In this document: piece by piece, positions 45,591-55,009 of the stretch | How positions within the stretch are numbered: the first letter of the stretch is position 1 | Layout of the letters: each line of letters begins with the position of its first letter | From: an uncultured Acidobacteriaceae bacterium | Lineage (GTDB): Bacteria; Acidobacteriota; Terriglobia; Terriglobales; Acidobacteriaceae | Length of the DNA stretch: 64,000 bases | Direction: 5' to 3' | NCBI GenBank assembly: GCA_963699185.1 | Contig: OY969419.1 | Coordinates: 6,206,698 to 6,270,697, forward strand | Program-made: the position numbers and the translations under genes | The notes under the pieces: generated by a model | Database searches by the model: none | What the model saw: only the letters and a program-made list of their open reading frames with translations | Told to the model about the DNA's origin: nothing

Positions 45591-46976
45591 CTAGGTAACT
45601 TCCTGAAGCTTCTTGAGTCGGCGCATCAGCGAGGTGGGATGAATCCCAAGAATCCGAGCAGCATGTGTTTTGTTCTGTCCTGTAGCGTTCAAGACATCCT
45701 GGATGTAGTGGTCTTCCAACTCACTTAGCGTGACGAACTGATCTCCAGTAGGTGAGAGATCGTAGGCCGAGAGCGGTCCTACCTGTGGCGACGACGCCTC
45801 GTGATCACGCACCTCCTCTGGAAGATCAGCAGCATCGATCTCAGTTTCCTTGCAGAGGATCATGGTCCGCTCAATAACATTGCGCAATTCGCGGATGTTG
45901 CCCGGCCACGGGTAATTCTTGAGCAACTCCGCCGCTGCCGGAGTGAATCCGACGAAGCTTTTCTTCAGATCCTTATTGAACTGGCCAATGAAATCAAGCG
46001 CCAGGGGAACAACGTCTTCCTTGCGCTCACGTAGCGGCGGGATGAACAACGGCAGCACGTTGAGCCGGTAATAGAGATCTTCGCGAAACTCACCTTTCGC
46101 CACCGCTTCTTTCAATAGCGTGTTGGTGGCGGCAATGATGCGGACGTTCGCCTGGATCACTTTGGTCCCACCCAGACGCATGAATGTACCCTCTTCCAAA
46201 ACACGCAACAGTTTGGCTTGCAAGCTCGGAGAAGTATTGCCAATCTCGTCGAGGAAGAGCGTTCCTCCAGTAGCCTTCTCGATGAGGCCTTCTTTGCGGC
46301 GGCGGGCATCGGTGAATGCGCCAGGTTCGTAGCCGAACAACTCGCTTTCGAGAAGCGTGTCGGGCAGGGCTGCGCAATTGAGGCTGATCAGTGGCATCTG
46401 CGCGCGAGGGCTGTTGTAGTGGATCGCCTTCGCCAGCACCTCTTTGCCGGTGCCGCTCTCGCCCTGAATCAGAATCGTGGTGCGCTCGCTTTCAGCTGCG
46501 CGGCGGGCCATCTGCAAGATCTCGCGCATGACCGGGCTCATGGTAACGACGCGTCCGAAGTCGTAGAGGCCCTTAGCGTTTTGCACGGTATCGTGTACGC
46601 GCACCCGCAAGGCAAGCATTTCGGCAGCGCGCTGCAACGTGTTCACCATGTCAGCGACGTGGAAGGGCTTGATCAGGTAGTCGTAAGCGCCGAGTTTCAT
46701 CGCCTCCACCGCACGATCGACCATGTGGTAGGCGCTCATCATCAGGATGATCGTGGCGGACGAGCTGACCTTCGCCTGACGCAAGACATCGATGCCATCC
46801 ATGGCGGGCAGCACCACGTCGAGCAGGGCGAAGTCGGGCTTTTCGTCGGCGAGGATCGGCAGCGCCTCTTCGCCACTCATCGCCAGAAACACTTCGAAGC
46901 CTTCGTCCCCGAGCGCACGTCCCAGCGTCCGCAAGGTCAGCGCCTCGTCATCGACGATCAGGACGGAGTAAGGCAT
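45591..46976 (-). CDS. Sigma-54-dependent response regulator (NtrC family)
   Basis: Receiver 'VLIVDDE...LLDVVLP', AAA+ 'GESGTGKEVLAKAIH', GAFTGA-like 'EPGAFTDA', and C-terminal Fis-type HTH 'NKTHAARILGIHPTSLMRRLKK'. Confidence 0.93.
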   Translation of the reverse strand: MPYSVLIVDDEALTLRTLGRALGDEGFEVFLAMSGEEALPILADEKPDFALLDVVLPAMDGIDVLRQAKVSSSATIILMMSAYHMVDRAVEAMKLGAYDYLIKPFHVADMVNTLQRAAEMLALRVRVHDTVQNAKGLYDFGRVVTMSPVMREILQMARRAAESERTTILIQGESGTGKEVLAKAIHYNSPRAQMPLISLNCAALPDTLLESELFGYEPGAFTDARRRKEGLIEKATGGTLFLDEIGNTSPSLQAKLLRVLEEGTFMRLGGTKVIQANVRIIAATNTLLKEAVAKGEFREDLYYRLNVLPLFIPPLRERKEDVVPLALDFIGQFNKDLKKSFVGFTPAAAELLKNYPWPGNIRELRNVIERTMILCKETEIDAADLPEEVRDHEASSPQVGPLSAYDLSPTGDQFVTLSELEDHYIQDVLNATGQNKTHAARILGIHPTSLMRRLKKLQEVT

Positions 46977-46978
46977 GA

Positions 46979-48067
46979 CTACGCGATGACCTCCTGGTAT
47001 TCGGTAGCGGTCTTACCTGGCTGATGAACCGGCAAGGTTACACGAACGGACGTTCCGGCACCGGGAGTACTCTCCAACTGAATGTCGCCCCCGTGACTGC
47101 GGATATAGCTTTGGCTGATGCTGAGTCCCAGACCAGTACCCTTGCCGCGCTTGGTGGTGAAGAAAGGTTCGAAGACATGCGGCAAAATGTCAGCAGGAAT
47201 TCCGCTGCCCGAATCGCGCACGCGCAGTTCAATGATGCGAGCGGACTGCTCCATCGCGGCCGAAATGGTAATGCTGCCGCCTGCAGGCGTGGCTTGTGCG
47301 GCGTTCAACAGCAGGTTCATCAGGATCTGCGATAACTGATTCACGTCAGCGGTGATTGCCGGCAGGTCGAGCGGTACGCGATTCGCCAACGTTATGTGGC
47401 GAAACATGGGCTGGTGCTCGACGAATTTTAATGTCTCCGCAACCAGCTTGAACAGGTTCACCTTGCCCAGCAACAGGGGACCCGGCCGCGCGTAATCCAA
47501 AAGGCCCCTCACCGCCGAGGAGATTCGTTTCGTGCCCTCGATACACTGTTCGACCTCGACGCGTTGTTCGCCAGACGTGCTTTTCCATTCCAGTTCGAGG
47601 TGCGACATGATCCCGAGCAGAGGATTGTTGATCTCATGCGCCGCCCCCAGAGCGAGTTGCGCAAGCGAGGCGTACTTCTCGTACTCGGCAAGTTGGGAAT
47701 CGAACTGCATCTTCTCTTTAGCCAGCTCGCGCTCTTCTTCCAGCCTGCGCACTAGTTCTTGCTGCGCCAGGTTGCGTTCGTATTCGCGATGGTCGGCGAG
47801 TTCCATGGATCTCCGGAGTTCCTGCTTTGTTACTTTCAGGCGAGTACGCGCCAGGCAGGCCACGATGACCAACAGAAGAAAGCCGAGCGCGAAGCCGCTC
47901 AGGAAACCGGCGCTGGGCATAGAGGAAGTTTTCGCTTGAGCGGCGACCAAAAGCGGCGAGCTACTTAACACAAACAACGCTGACAAACCGGCAAAACACA
48001 GCGGAGCACCGTTCGCACGGGTGTGCGACGGTCGGGGTCCTTCCTGTCGCGAAAGCCAGCGGAGCAT
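46979..48067 (-). CDS. Sensor histidine kinase (two N-terminal helices with a minimal loop, HisKA, HATPase_c)
   Basis: H-box 'LGAAHEINNPL', N-box 'LLNAAQA', and G-boxes 'DSGSGI' and 'GTGLGLSIS'. Confidence 0.9.
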   Translation of the reverse strand: MLRWLSRQEGPRPSHTRANGAPLCFAGLSALFVLSSSPLLVAAQAKTSSMPSAGFLSGFALGFLLLVIVACLARTRLKVTKQELRRSMELADHREYERNLAQQELVRRLEEERELAKEKMQFDSQLAEYEKYASLAQLALGAAHEINNPLLGIMSHLELEWKSTSGEQRVEVEQCIEGTKRISSAVRGLLDYARPGPLLLGKVNLFKLVAETLKFVEHQPMFRHITLANRVPLDLPAITADVNQLSQILMNLLLNAAQATPAGGSITISAAMEQSARIIELRVRDSGSGIPADILPHVFEPFFTTKRGKGTGLGLSISQSYIRSHGGDIQLESTPGAGTSVRVTLPVHQPGKTATEYQEVIA

Positions 48068-48197
48068 GTAGCTCTCCCTTTAGACCTTCGCGCTTTTTGT
48101 CCGGAAGAGCAGTGATTGCAGTCACTTGCGAGGGTGATGTGAGACGGGCGAGAGTGGTTTCGGGAGGGTGTGCAGAACTGAGTGCCAGATCCGGACT

Positions 48198-49364
48198 CTA
48201 GATAAGGATGCCGCCAACAATGGTTCGCACGACTTCTCCAGCCGGCGTGAACACTGCGATGTCGGCGTCCGCTCCGACGGTCAGGTGTCCTTTACGCTTT
48301 CCGATTCCCAGCACGCTCGCAGGATTAAACGTAGCCATACGAATTGCATTTTGCAGGCTGACGTTGGCGAACTTCATCGTGTTGCGGACTGCCCGGTCGA
48401 GCGTCAGAACGCTACCCGCCAGCCTGCCATCGAACTCACAGCGGCCGTCGCGCACCTGCACTTCCAAGCCGCCAAGCATGTAGGTTCCGTCGGGCATGCC
48501 AGTGGCGCTGATGGCGTCGGTAATCAGCACTGCGCCTTCCACTCCCTTGGCGCGCACGAACAAATCGACCATTACCGGATCGACGTGGATGCCGTCCACA
48601 ATAATGTCTGCGGTCACGGTGCGGTCAGTCAGAACAGCGCCCAGCAGTCCGGGATCGCGATGGTCCAGCGGACGCATCGCATTAAATGTGTGCGTCGCAT
48701 GACGCGCGCCTGCCTCGATCGCCGCACGAGCTTCCGGCAACTTGGCATCGGAGTGCCCGACGCTAACGCAAACCCCACGCCGGCTAGCTTCGGCGATCAA
48801 GTCAATCGCGCCTTCGATTTCCGGAGCGATGGTCATTACGCTGACGTGTCCGCTGGCCGCCTGCCACATGCGTTCGAACAATTCGTGAGATGCCGGCTGC
48901 AGCAGCGCGGGAGGATGAACCCCTCGCTTTGCGTGACTCAAGAACGGCCCTTCGAAATGCACTCCGAGTGGCTTGGCTCGTGTGCCATCGCCATTATTGC
49001 TAGTTGCACGCTGCACGGCGTTGCCCAGCGCGTCCAACGAGCGCATTGTCGCATCGACGGGCGCGGTCACCGTCGTTGGACAGTAGCTCGTGACGCCGTG
49101 CTTCGTCATCAAGCGCTCGATCGCAGCCAGGCTCTCGTCGGAGCCTTCCATGACATCGTGTCCAGCGCCGCCGTGGATGTGAAGGTCTATCAACCCCGGA
49201 GCCAGCACGGCATCGCCGAAGTCGATCACCTGTGCATTGGGCGGAACGGACACTTCGACCCTGGTGCCGACGGCTGTAATGACGCCGTCTTCGATCATTA
49301 GTATTGCGTCGTCGATCGCTTCCAGTGGAGTAAACAACTGCCGCGCCAGCAGAACCGTTACCAA
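48198..49364 (-). CDS. nagA: N-acetylglucosamine-6-phosphate deacetylase
   Basis: 'GLIDLHIHGGAGHD', 'HFEGPFLS', 'VGHSDA', 'ATHTFNAM' and 'ITDAISA' are amidohydrolase/NagA motifs. Confidence 0.88.
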   Translation of the reverse strand: MVTVLLARQLFTPLEAIDDAILMIEDGVITAVGTRVEVSVPPNAQVIDFGDAVLAPGLIDLHIHGGAGHDVMEGSDESLAAIERLMTKHGVTSYCPTTVTAPVDATMRSLDALGNAVQRATSNNGDGTRAKPLGVHFEGPFLSHAKRGVHPPALLQPASHELFERMWQAASGHVSVMTIAPEIEGAIDLIAEASRRGVCVSVGHSDAKLPEARAAIEAGARHATHTFNAMRPLDHRDPGLLGAVLTDRTVTADIIVDGIHVDPVMVDLFVRAKGVEGAVLITDAISATGMPDGTYMLGGLEVQVRDGRCEFDGRLAGSVLTLDRAVRNTMKFANVSLQNAIRMATFNPASVLGIGKRKGHLTVGADADIAVFTPAGEVVRTIVGGILI

Positions 49365-49621
49365 GTCTGGACCTCGTGCGCTCGTGTACGCTCAACGATG
49401 CCGTCGCACTCGCTAAGCCTGAGATTGCAGAATGAGTTTACGGTTTTGACGGCGAAATGCCCAACTCGGTACGTCCAAACGCGCGAGCCCTACGCAACTC
49501 CAACGGGCGAAGCATCCCGCAGCAACTCTGTTATACTGACGATTGGCGCGTTGTTCGAAAGCTCACGCCCGTGAGGCCCGCGTCGTATCTTCCTCAATTG
49601 CGGGGAGGGTTGCAAGCATGT

Positions 49622-49698
<77 letters not shown>

Positions 49699-49851
49699 AT
49701 CTTTTCAATAACATCCGTTGGGTTAGGGTCGGGTTTATCACCCTGGGGATCCCAAAAGGGGTCCTACAAATCGCCAGCCCCGTCGTTGCTTGAGTTCTTT
49801 GACGGTTTCGCGACGTTTGTTTTTTCTTCCTTCTCTTCAGGCTCGGTCATC

Positions 49852-50330
49852 ACCGCTTCGACATGACGAGAAGTGACCGCGTTGGTTCCGGCACAACCTG
49901 AAGTACCCTTCGGATTTCCACCAGCGGAAGCAACACCGGGGGTTTGACCGTGCGTTTCCTTGGCAGCTTCACGCCGACGGCCGGGTTCTTCAACAGCATC
50001 TCTCACGCAATTGCCTGGTTCAGCGCTGCGCGGAGCGTGCCGTGAACGAGCTTGATGGTCTTCGGCGAAAGCCTATACGGTCGGGAGTTTGAGAAGGAGC
50101 AACATTTGCCTTACGTGGGACTGACTGCGATGAGCCATGCCCGCCAAGGTCTCAATTCTCAATCCCGCGCGGCGGCCGAATTCGAACATGATGCCTTGGT
50201 TGATTGGATTCTCGTTTTCGCAGAATTGGCGGAGATTAACGGCAAACGGGTAAAGGTCGGGAGGTACTTGCAAGTTCATCAGGTGCTCCGGGGAATGAGT
50301 TTCACCCTTACACCGGCTGGCTAGTATAGG
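49852..50330 (-). pseudogene. Tyrosine integrase remnant next to tRNA-Pro (frameshift, in-frame TGA, catalytic domain missing)
   Basis: The minus-strand translation 50073-49852 reads 'RLSPKTIKLVHGTLRAALNQAIA*EMLLKNPAVGVKLPRKRTVKPPVLLPLVEIRRVL'. This is an integrase core-binding domain with TGA where Trp is expected. The upstream part is in another frame, and no R..HxxR..Y domain follows. Confidence 0.55.
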
Positions 50331-50969
50331 ACTTTCGCTCGGAAACCGAGATTCGGGGTTCAGTTTGCGCGCGGCAGAAGCTGTTTCACGAACACGTGAA
50401 TCCCTGGCTGAAGAAGCCGCTTTCCGTTGACCCACGAACCGCGAACCCGGGCAATGGGCTGATATTGCCAATTCGGCAACAAGTTAAGTCTTGCAACGTC
50501 GCGCCGGAAAACTGAGTGTGGGACGGAGCGTATGAACGTGTCTTCGTTTTGGTTCCTTGCCGCGAAAAGGTCGAGCAGATGAATGAATCAACGGCACAGT
50601 TTTATATTTCGTACCCGACGCCCACGGCAGCACCTGACCAAAACCCTTGTTCAAATCAACCGTGTAAGAGCAGCGAAACACAGAGCCAAGAAACGCCGTT
50701 TGGGCTGTCTTAAAAGGTATGGGTTTTAAACTGCCGACAGCAGATCTGATAGCTCTAGTACCAATCGTTGGCCTCGTCGACTTGCTTTGATGAAAGCAAA
50801 TTAACGAGCAAGGCGGCACGAAGATACCGTGCGAGAAAGCAGTGCGCCTCGCTATAATCGGCTGTTCCCATGCCCATCAACCCCGAGGATCTGGCCCGCC
50901 AGAACATTGACCGCCTCCAGCGCGTCATTTCTATTGACGAGACGTATAGTGTAGCTATACGCTATACGA

Positions 50970-51248
50970 ATGATTCGGAGCTACCGGCACAAGGGATTGA
51001 AGCAGTTTGCCGAGACTGGCTCAAAGGCAGGCATCCAGCCGAAACATGCTCCGCGACTGAGACGGCTGCTGACCGCGCTCGATGTGGCGAGCCGCCCCGA
51101 AGACATGAACGCGCCGGGCAACGACCTGCATATGTTAAAAGGCAACCTTGCCGGACACTGGTCGGTGAACGTGAGCGGCAATTGGCGGCTGACCTTTCGG
51201 TTCGAGGGCGAAGATGCAGTGTTGGTGGATTACCAGGACTATCACTAG
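50970..51248 (+). CDS. higB: HigB-type toxin (plasmid maintenance system killer, RelE superfamily)
   Basis: 'MIRSYRHKGLKQF...LHMLKGNLAGHWSVNVSGNWRLTFRFEGEDAVLVDYQDYH'. Confidence 0.88.
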   Translation: MIRSYRHKGLKQFAETGSKAGIQPKHAPRLRRLLTALDVASRPEDMNAPGNDLHMLKGNLAGHWSVNVSGNWRLTFRFEGEDAVLVDYQDYH

Positions 51249-51257
51249 GAGGAGACC

Positions 51258-51557
51258 ATGATTTTCAATCCAGCCCATCCGGGAGAGGTGTTGAGGGATT
51301 ATATCGGCGAGATGAGCGTCGCGGAGGCGGCCGAGCGTCTGGGCGTTACCAGGGCACACCTGTCCCGCATTCTGAACGGGCGTGCCGGAGTGTCGGCCGC
51401 GATGTCGTTGCGACTTTCGGCGGCGCTCGGGACTTCGCCGGAGTTCTGGCTCAAGATGCAGATGCAGTACGACCTGTGGCGAGCGCAAAGCGCGAAGCGG
51501 CCGAAGATCCGCCTGTTTCCGCACGTGGCGAAGACCAAAGAGTTGAAGCTGGCCTGA
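51258..51557 (+). CDS. higA: HigA-type antitoxin (XRE-family HTH)
   Basis: 'NPAHPGEVLRDY...MSVAEAAERLGVTRAHLSRILNGRAGVSAAMSLRLSAALGTSPEFWLKMQMQYDL'. Confidence 0.88.
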   Translation: MIFNPAHPGEVLRDYIGEMSVAEAAERLGVTRAHLSRILNGRAGVSAAMSLRLSAALGTSPEFWLKMQMQYDLWRAQSAKRPKIRLFPHVAKTKELKLA

Positions 51558-51567
51558 GCCAACATCC

Positions 51568-53023
51568 ATGACCAGTAACGGCATCGTTCAAAAACTCTGG
51601 GACTATTGCAACGTCCTGCGTGACGACGGCCTCAGCTACGGTGACTACGTCGAGCAGCTCACGTACCTGCTTTTCCTGAAGATGGCGGATGAGCAGTCGA
51701 AGCCGCCTTTCAACCGGCCAGCGATCATCCCGAACGACCTCGACTGGGCCAGCCTGCTTCGTCTGGACGGCGACCCACTCGAGACTCAGTACCGGCACAT
51801 CCTGACCGAGTTGGGAAAGAGCAAGGCACGCCGGCGTCATCTTCCGCAAAGCGTAGAACAAGATTCAGGACCCAGCGAAGCTGCGCCGCCTGATTGCCGA
51901 CCTCATCGACAAAGAGCAGTGGATGTCACTCGATGTCGATGTGAAAGGCGACGCCTACGAGGGACTGCTGGAGAAGAATGCGTCGGATGTCAAAGGCGGA
52001 GCGGGGCAGTACTTCACGCCGCGCGCGCTGATTGAAGCCATCGTGGACGTAATGCGCCCGGCGCCAGGGCAGACCATTCACGATCCGGCCTGTGGGACCG
52101 GTGGATTCCTTCTCAAGACGAACGCCTACATCAGCAATCCCGAACGCTACCAGCTCGACGTAGACCAGAAAAAGCATCTGAAGTTCGACGCCCTGAGTGG
52201 CACCGAGATCGTGGACGCTGCGGCCCGGCTCGCCGCCATGAATCTCTATCTGAACGGCATCGGCGGCGACCAGTGCCCCATCGTAGTCGCTGACAGCTTG
52301 AATCAGAAGCCTTCGACAGCCTACGACATGGTGCTCACCAATCCGCCGTTCGGTAAGAAATCGAGCATCACCGTCATCAACGAGGAGGGAGAAGAAGCGA
52401 AGGAGAGCCTGGTCGTGGTGCGTGACGACTTCTGGGCCTCGACCAGCAACAAGCAGCTTAACTTCTTCCAGCACGTAAAGAGCTGCCTGAAGATTCAAGG
52501 ACGAGCGGCAATCGTGGTGCCGGACAATGTGCTATTTGAAGGCGGAGCGGGAGAGACGGTTCGCCGCAAGCTGCTGCACGAGTGCGACGTCCACACTCTG
52601 CTGCGCCTTCCGACGGGCATCTTCTATGCCCAAGGTGTGAAGGCGAACGTGTTGTTCTTCGATCGCAAACCTGCCAGTGAGAAACCGTGGACGACGACGC
52701 TGTGGATTTACGACTTTCGAACCAACGAGCACTTCACGCTGAAGACGAATCCGCTGAAGCGAACTGATCTGGATGATTTCGTCGCCTGCTACAACCCGGA
52801 GAATCGCCACGAGCGGAAAGAGACAGAACGGTTCAAGTCATTCGCCTACGACGACCTGATCAAGCGCGACAAGGTCAGTCTCGACATCTTCTGGCTGAAG
52901 GACGACAGCCTGGAAGATTCGGCTAATCTGCCCGACCCAGACGTAATCGCGGCGGAGATCGTCGAGGACTTGCAGGCCGCGCTGGATCAGTTTGCGCAAA
53001 TTGCAGCGGAGCTGCGCAAGTGA
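51568..53023 (+). pseudogene. hsdM: Type I restriction-modification methyltransferase subunit, disrupted and orphan
   Basis: The HsdM_N region 'IVQKLWDYCNVLRDDGLSYGDYVEQLTYLLFLKM' is in one frame. The catalytic part 'GQYFTPR...DPACGTGGFLL...NPPFG' is in the +1 frame. A frameshift lies near 51826-51836, with an in-frame TAG at 51854-51856 ('IFRKA*NKIQDP'). No hsdS or hsdR is adjacent. Confidence 0.8.
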
Positions 53024-53219
53024 AGGCTACGAGCGGATTTCCCATCTCAATTAAATAGAGACTTAAGGGCGCACAGATTCGAAGGCACTGGCCGACTTCT
53101 CAGTACCAATTCGCACGTTCCCCACCTGGATTGCCGCTCGATAGCCGACAACCCGCCCACTGGCCGCTCTCATACGGAACGTGACAGATGTTAGACTGCA
53201 CGCAATTGTGAAGTTCCAG

Positions 53220-53882
53220 ATGCCGACGATGATTACGATTTCAAAAGAGGACTATCTGAAAGCCATCGCGGAAGCGGAAGCCGAGGGTCAGACAGTTATT
53301 CCGGCGACCCTTGCTCATTGGCTATCCGTGACCAGACCGGCCGTAACGTTTGCTCTGAAGCGCCTGACCAAGGATGGCCTCGTGTCCGTCAAGAGCGACG
53401 GGCATATTCGGCTTACCTCGCAAGGTCGGGAAATCGCCGAACGCACGATCGTCCGTCATCACCTGATCGAGCGTATGCTGTCTGAGATTTTCGGAATGCC
53501 CTGGTACGCGATCCACGACGAGGCGGAACGGCTGGAGCACGCGGTTTCTCCCGCGTTTGAGAAGAAGCTGGTCGAAAAGCTCGGGCATAAGGACACTTGC
53601 CCTCATGGAAACGAGTTGGTTCTCCGCAGCCCAGCGGAGCGCCGCAAGCGCGGATTGCGTCTGCTCAGCGAGTCAGAACCGGGCTCAAGATATGTGGTTG
53701 CCAGTGTTTACGAGCGTGACCGGCAGCTCTTGGAGTTCTTCGAGAATGAGGGAATCCGCCCGGGAGTTCGCATTGCGGTGGAAGCCCGAAACTACGATGG
53801 AACGGTTTCTCTGTCGATCGGAAAGCATCAGATTCGTCTTGGCGCGTCCGCCGCCGAGAGGGTCTGGCTGTCAAAAGCATAA
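53220..53882 (+). CDS. DtxR/MntR-family metal-dependent transcriptional repressor with C-terminal FeoA/SH3-like domain
   Basis: 'SKEDYLKAI...WLSVTRPAVTFALKRLTKDGLV...RHHLIERML...HDEAERLEH'. Confidence 0.85.
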   Translation: MPTMITISKEDYLKAIAEAEAEGQTVIPATLAHWLSVTRPAVTFALKRLTKDGLVSVKSDGHIRLTSQGREIAERTIVRHHLIERMLSEIFGMPWYAIHDEAERLEHAVSPAFEKKLVEKLGHKDTCPHGNELVLRSPAERRKRGLRLLSESEPGSRYVVASVYERDRQLLEFFENEGIRPGVRIAVEARNYDGTVSLSIGKHQIRLGASAAERVWLSKA

Positions 53883-54033
53883 TATTCACACAGGTGTTTA
53901 CTATAGTTAACGCATCATGGTGTATCCTGATTTCCAGGTAAAGCACGGGCCGGTCTTTCGCCAGCCCTGAATTTCCTGGAGGGATTTGCCGTGAGATCGG
54001 GTTCCAAGCGCCGTCTGCGCCTCGTGCTCCATC

Positions 54034-54168
54034 TCACTCTCTTTGCCAGCGGGTGATGGCCAGCAACACCTTCTGATGTTGGCAGTTCATCCGCCTATGA
54101 CTGCGGTCAAGAAAAGACTGTCCAGCACAGCGAACAATGTCGGCCATCTCCAGCGGAAGTCGGCTCAT
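54034..54168 (-). pseudogene. IS91-family (Y2) transposase N-terminal remnant
   Basis: The ATG directly follows the recombinase stop (TAAATG). 'MSRLPLEMADIVRCAGQSFLDRSHRRMNCQHQKVLLAITRW..' resembles the IS91 TnpA N-terminus. It is truncated after ~44 codons, and the zinc-finger and HUH regions are absent. Confidence 0.5.
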
Positions 54169-55009
54169 TTAGGGCTTTAGCGGGGGCTCTCGTTTCTGCT
54201 TGTCGGTGGACAAAGCCAAGGAGTCCAACGGGCTTGCGGTGGCGCTGAGATGGCGTTTGGATAGATGCAGATAAATGGTGGTCTCTTCCAAATCGTGATG
54301 CCCCAGCAGCAACTGAATGGTTCGCAGATCAGCGCCGTCTTCTAACAGGTGGGTGGCGAAACAATGGCGCAAGGTGTGGGGATGGATGTTTTTCTCCTGC
54401 AGGCCAGCGCGTCGGGCGGCCTGGCGGCAGGCGTGATACACGGCCTTGGGGGTGATCGGATGCTCCGCCGTATGGCGACAGCCCCCCGGGAACAACCAGT
54501 GGGAGGGTTTACGCTTTAACCCGCGCCAATACTCGTGCAGTGCCTCCAGCAACTTGGGGCTGAGCATGACGTCACGATCCTGGCGACCCTTGCCCCCTTG
54601 GATGTGGATGACCATCCGCTGACTATCAATATCGCTGACCTTCAGGCGCGCCAGTTCAGCACGTCGCACACCGGTGGCATAGAGCGTCATCAGTACTATG
54701 CGGTGAAAAGGAGTCTGTGTCGCGTTGATCAGACGAGCGACCTCCTCTTGACTGAGAATGATCGGTAGCTTCAGAACTCTCTTGGGATAGGGAGTTTCGG
54801 CCGCGCTCCAGGCCCGCTTGAGGGTCTGGATGTAGAAGAAGCGCGGAGCTGCCAACCGCTGGTTCACCGTATTCGGCGCCAACTTCCACTTCTTAAACAA
54901 TGCGGCTTGGTACTCGCGGATGTGTTGTGGGCCCAACTGTTCGGGCGAACGGTGGAAGTACCGGGAGAAGTGTTCGACGGTGCGAACGTAACAATCGATG
55001 GTGGTCTGG
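54169..55009 (-). pseudogene. Tyrosine recombinase (XerC/D-like, IS-associated), 3' portion, interrupted by IS256-family insertion
   Basis: Catalytic motifs are 'ATGVRRAEL', 'HTLRHCFATHLL' and 'LLGHHDLEETTIYLH'. The listed ORF continues to 55251, but those 80 codons lie inside the IS left end. The true N-terminus is at 56355-56296. Confidence 0.8.

Noticed and set aside
48168-49301. 377-aa plus-strand ORF
   Set aside because: It is antisense to nagA, whose translation carries all the amidohydrolase motifs.
50073-50471. 132-aa ORF initially read as a ParB-like HTH ('...RIETLAGMAHRSQSHVRQMLLLLKLP')
   Set aside because: The adjacent frame continues into an unmistakable integrase core-binding segment (LSPKTIKLVHGTLRAALNQAI). 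The whole stretch is better explained as a frameshifted integrase N-terminal region than as a ParB gene.
50870-51571. 233-aa plus-strand ORF spanning the higBA region
   Set aside because: It is in a different frame from two clearly recognisable toxin/antitoxin genes, and its translation is Arg/Gly-rich without motifs.
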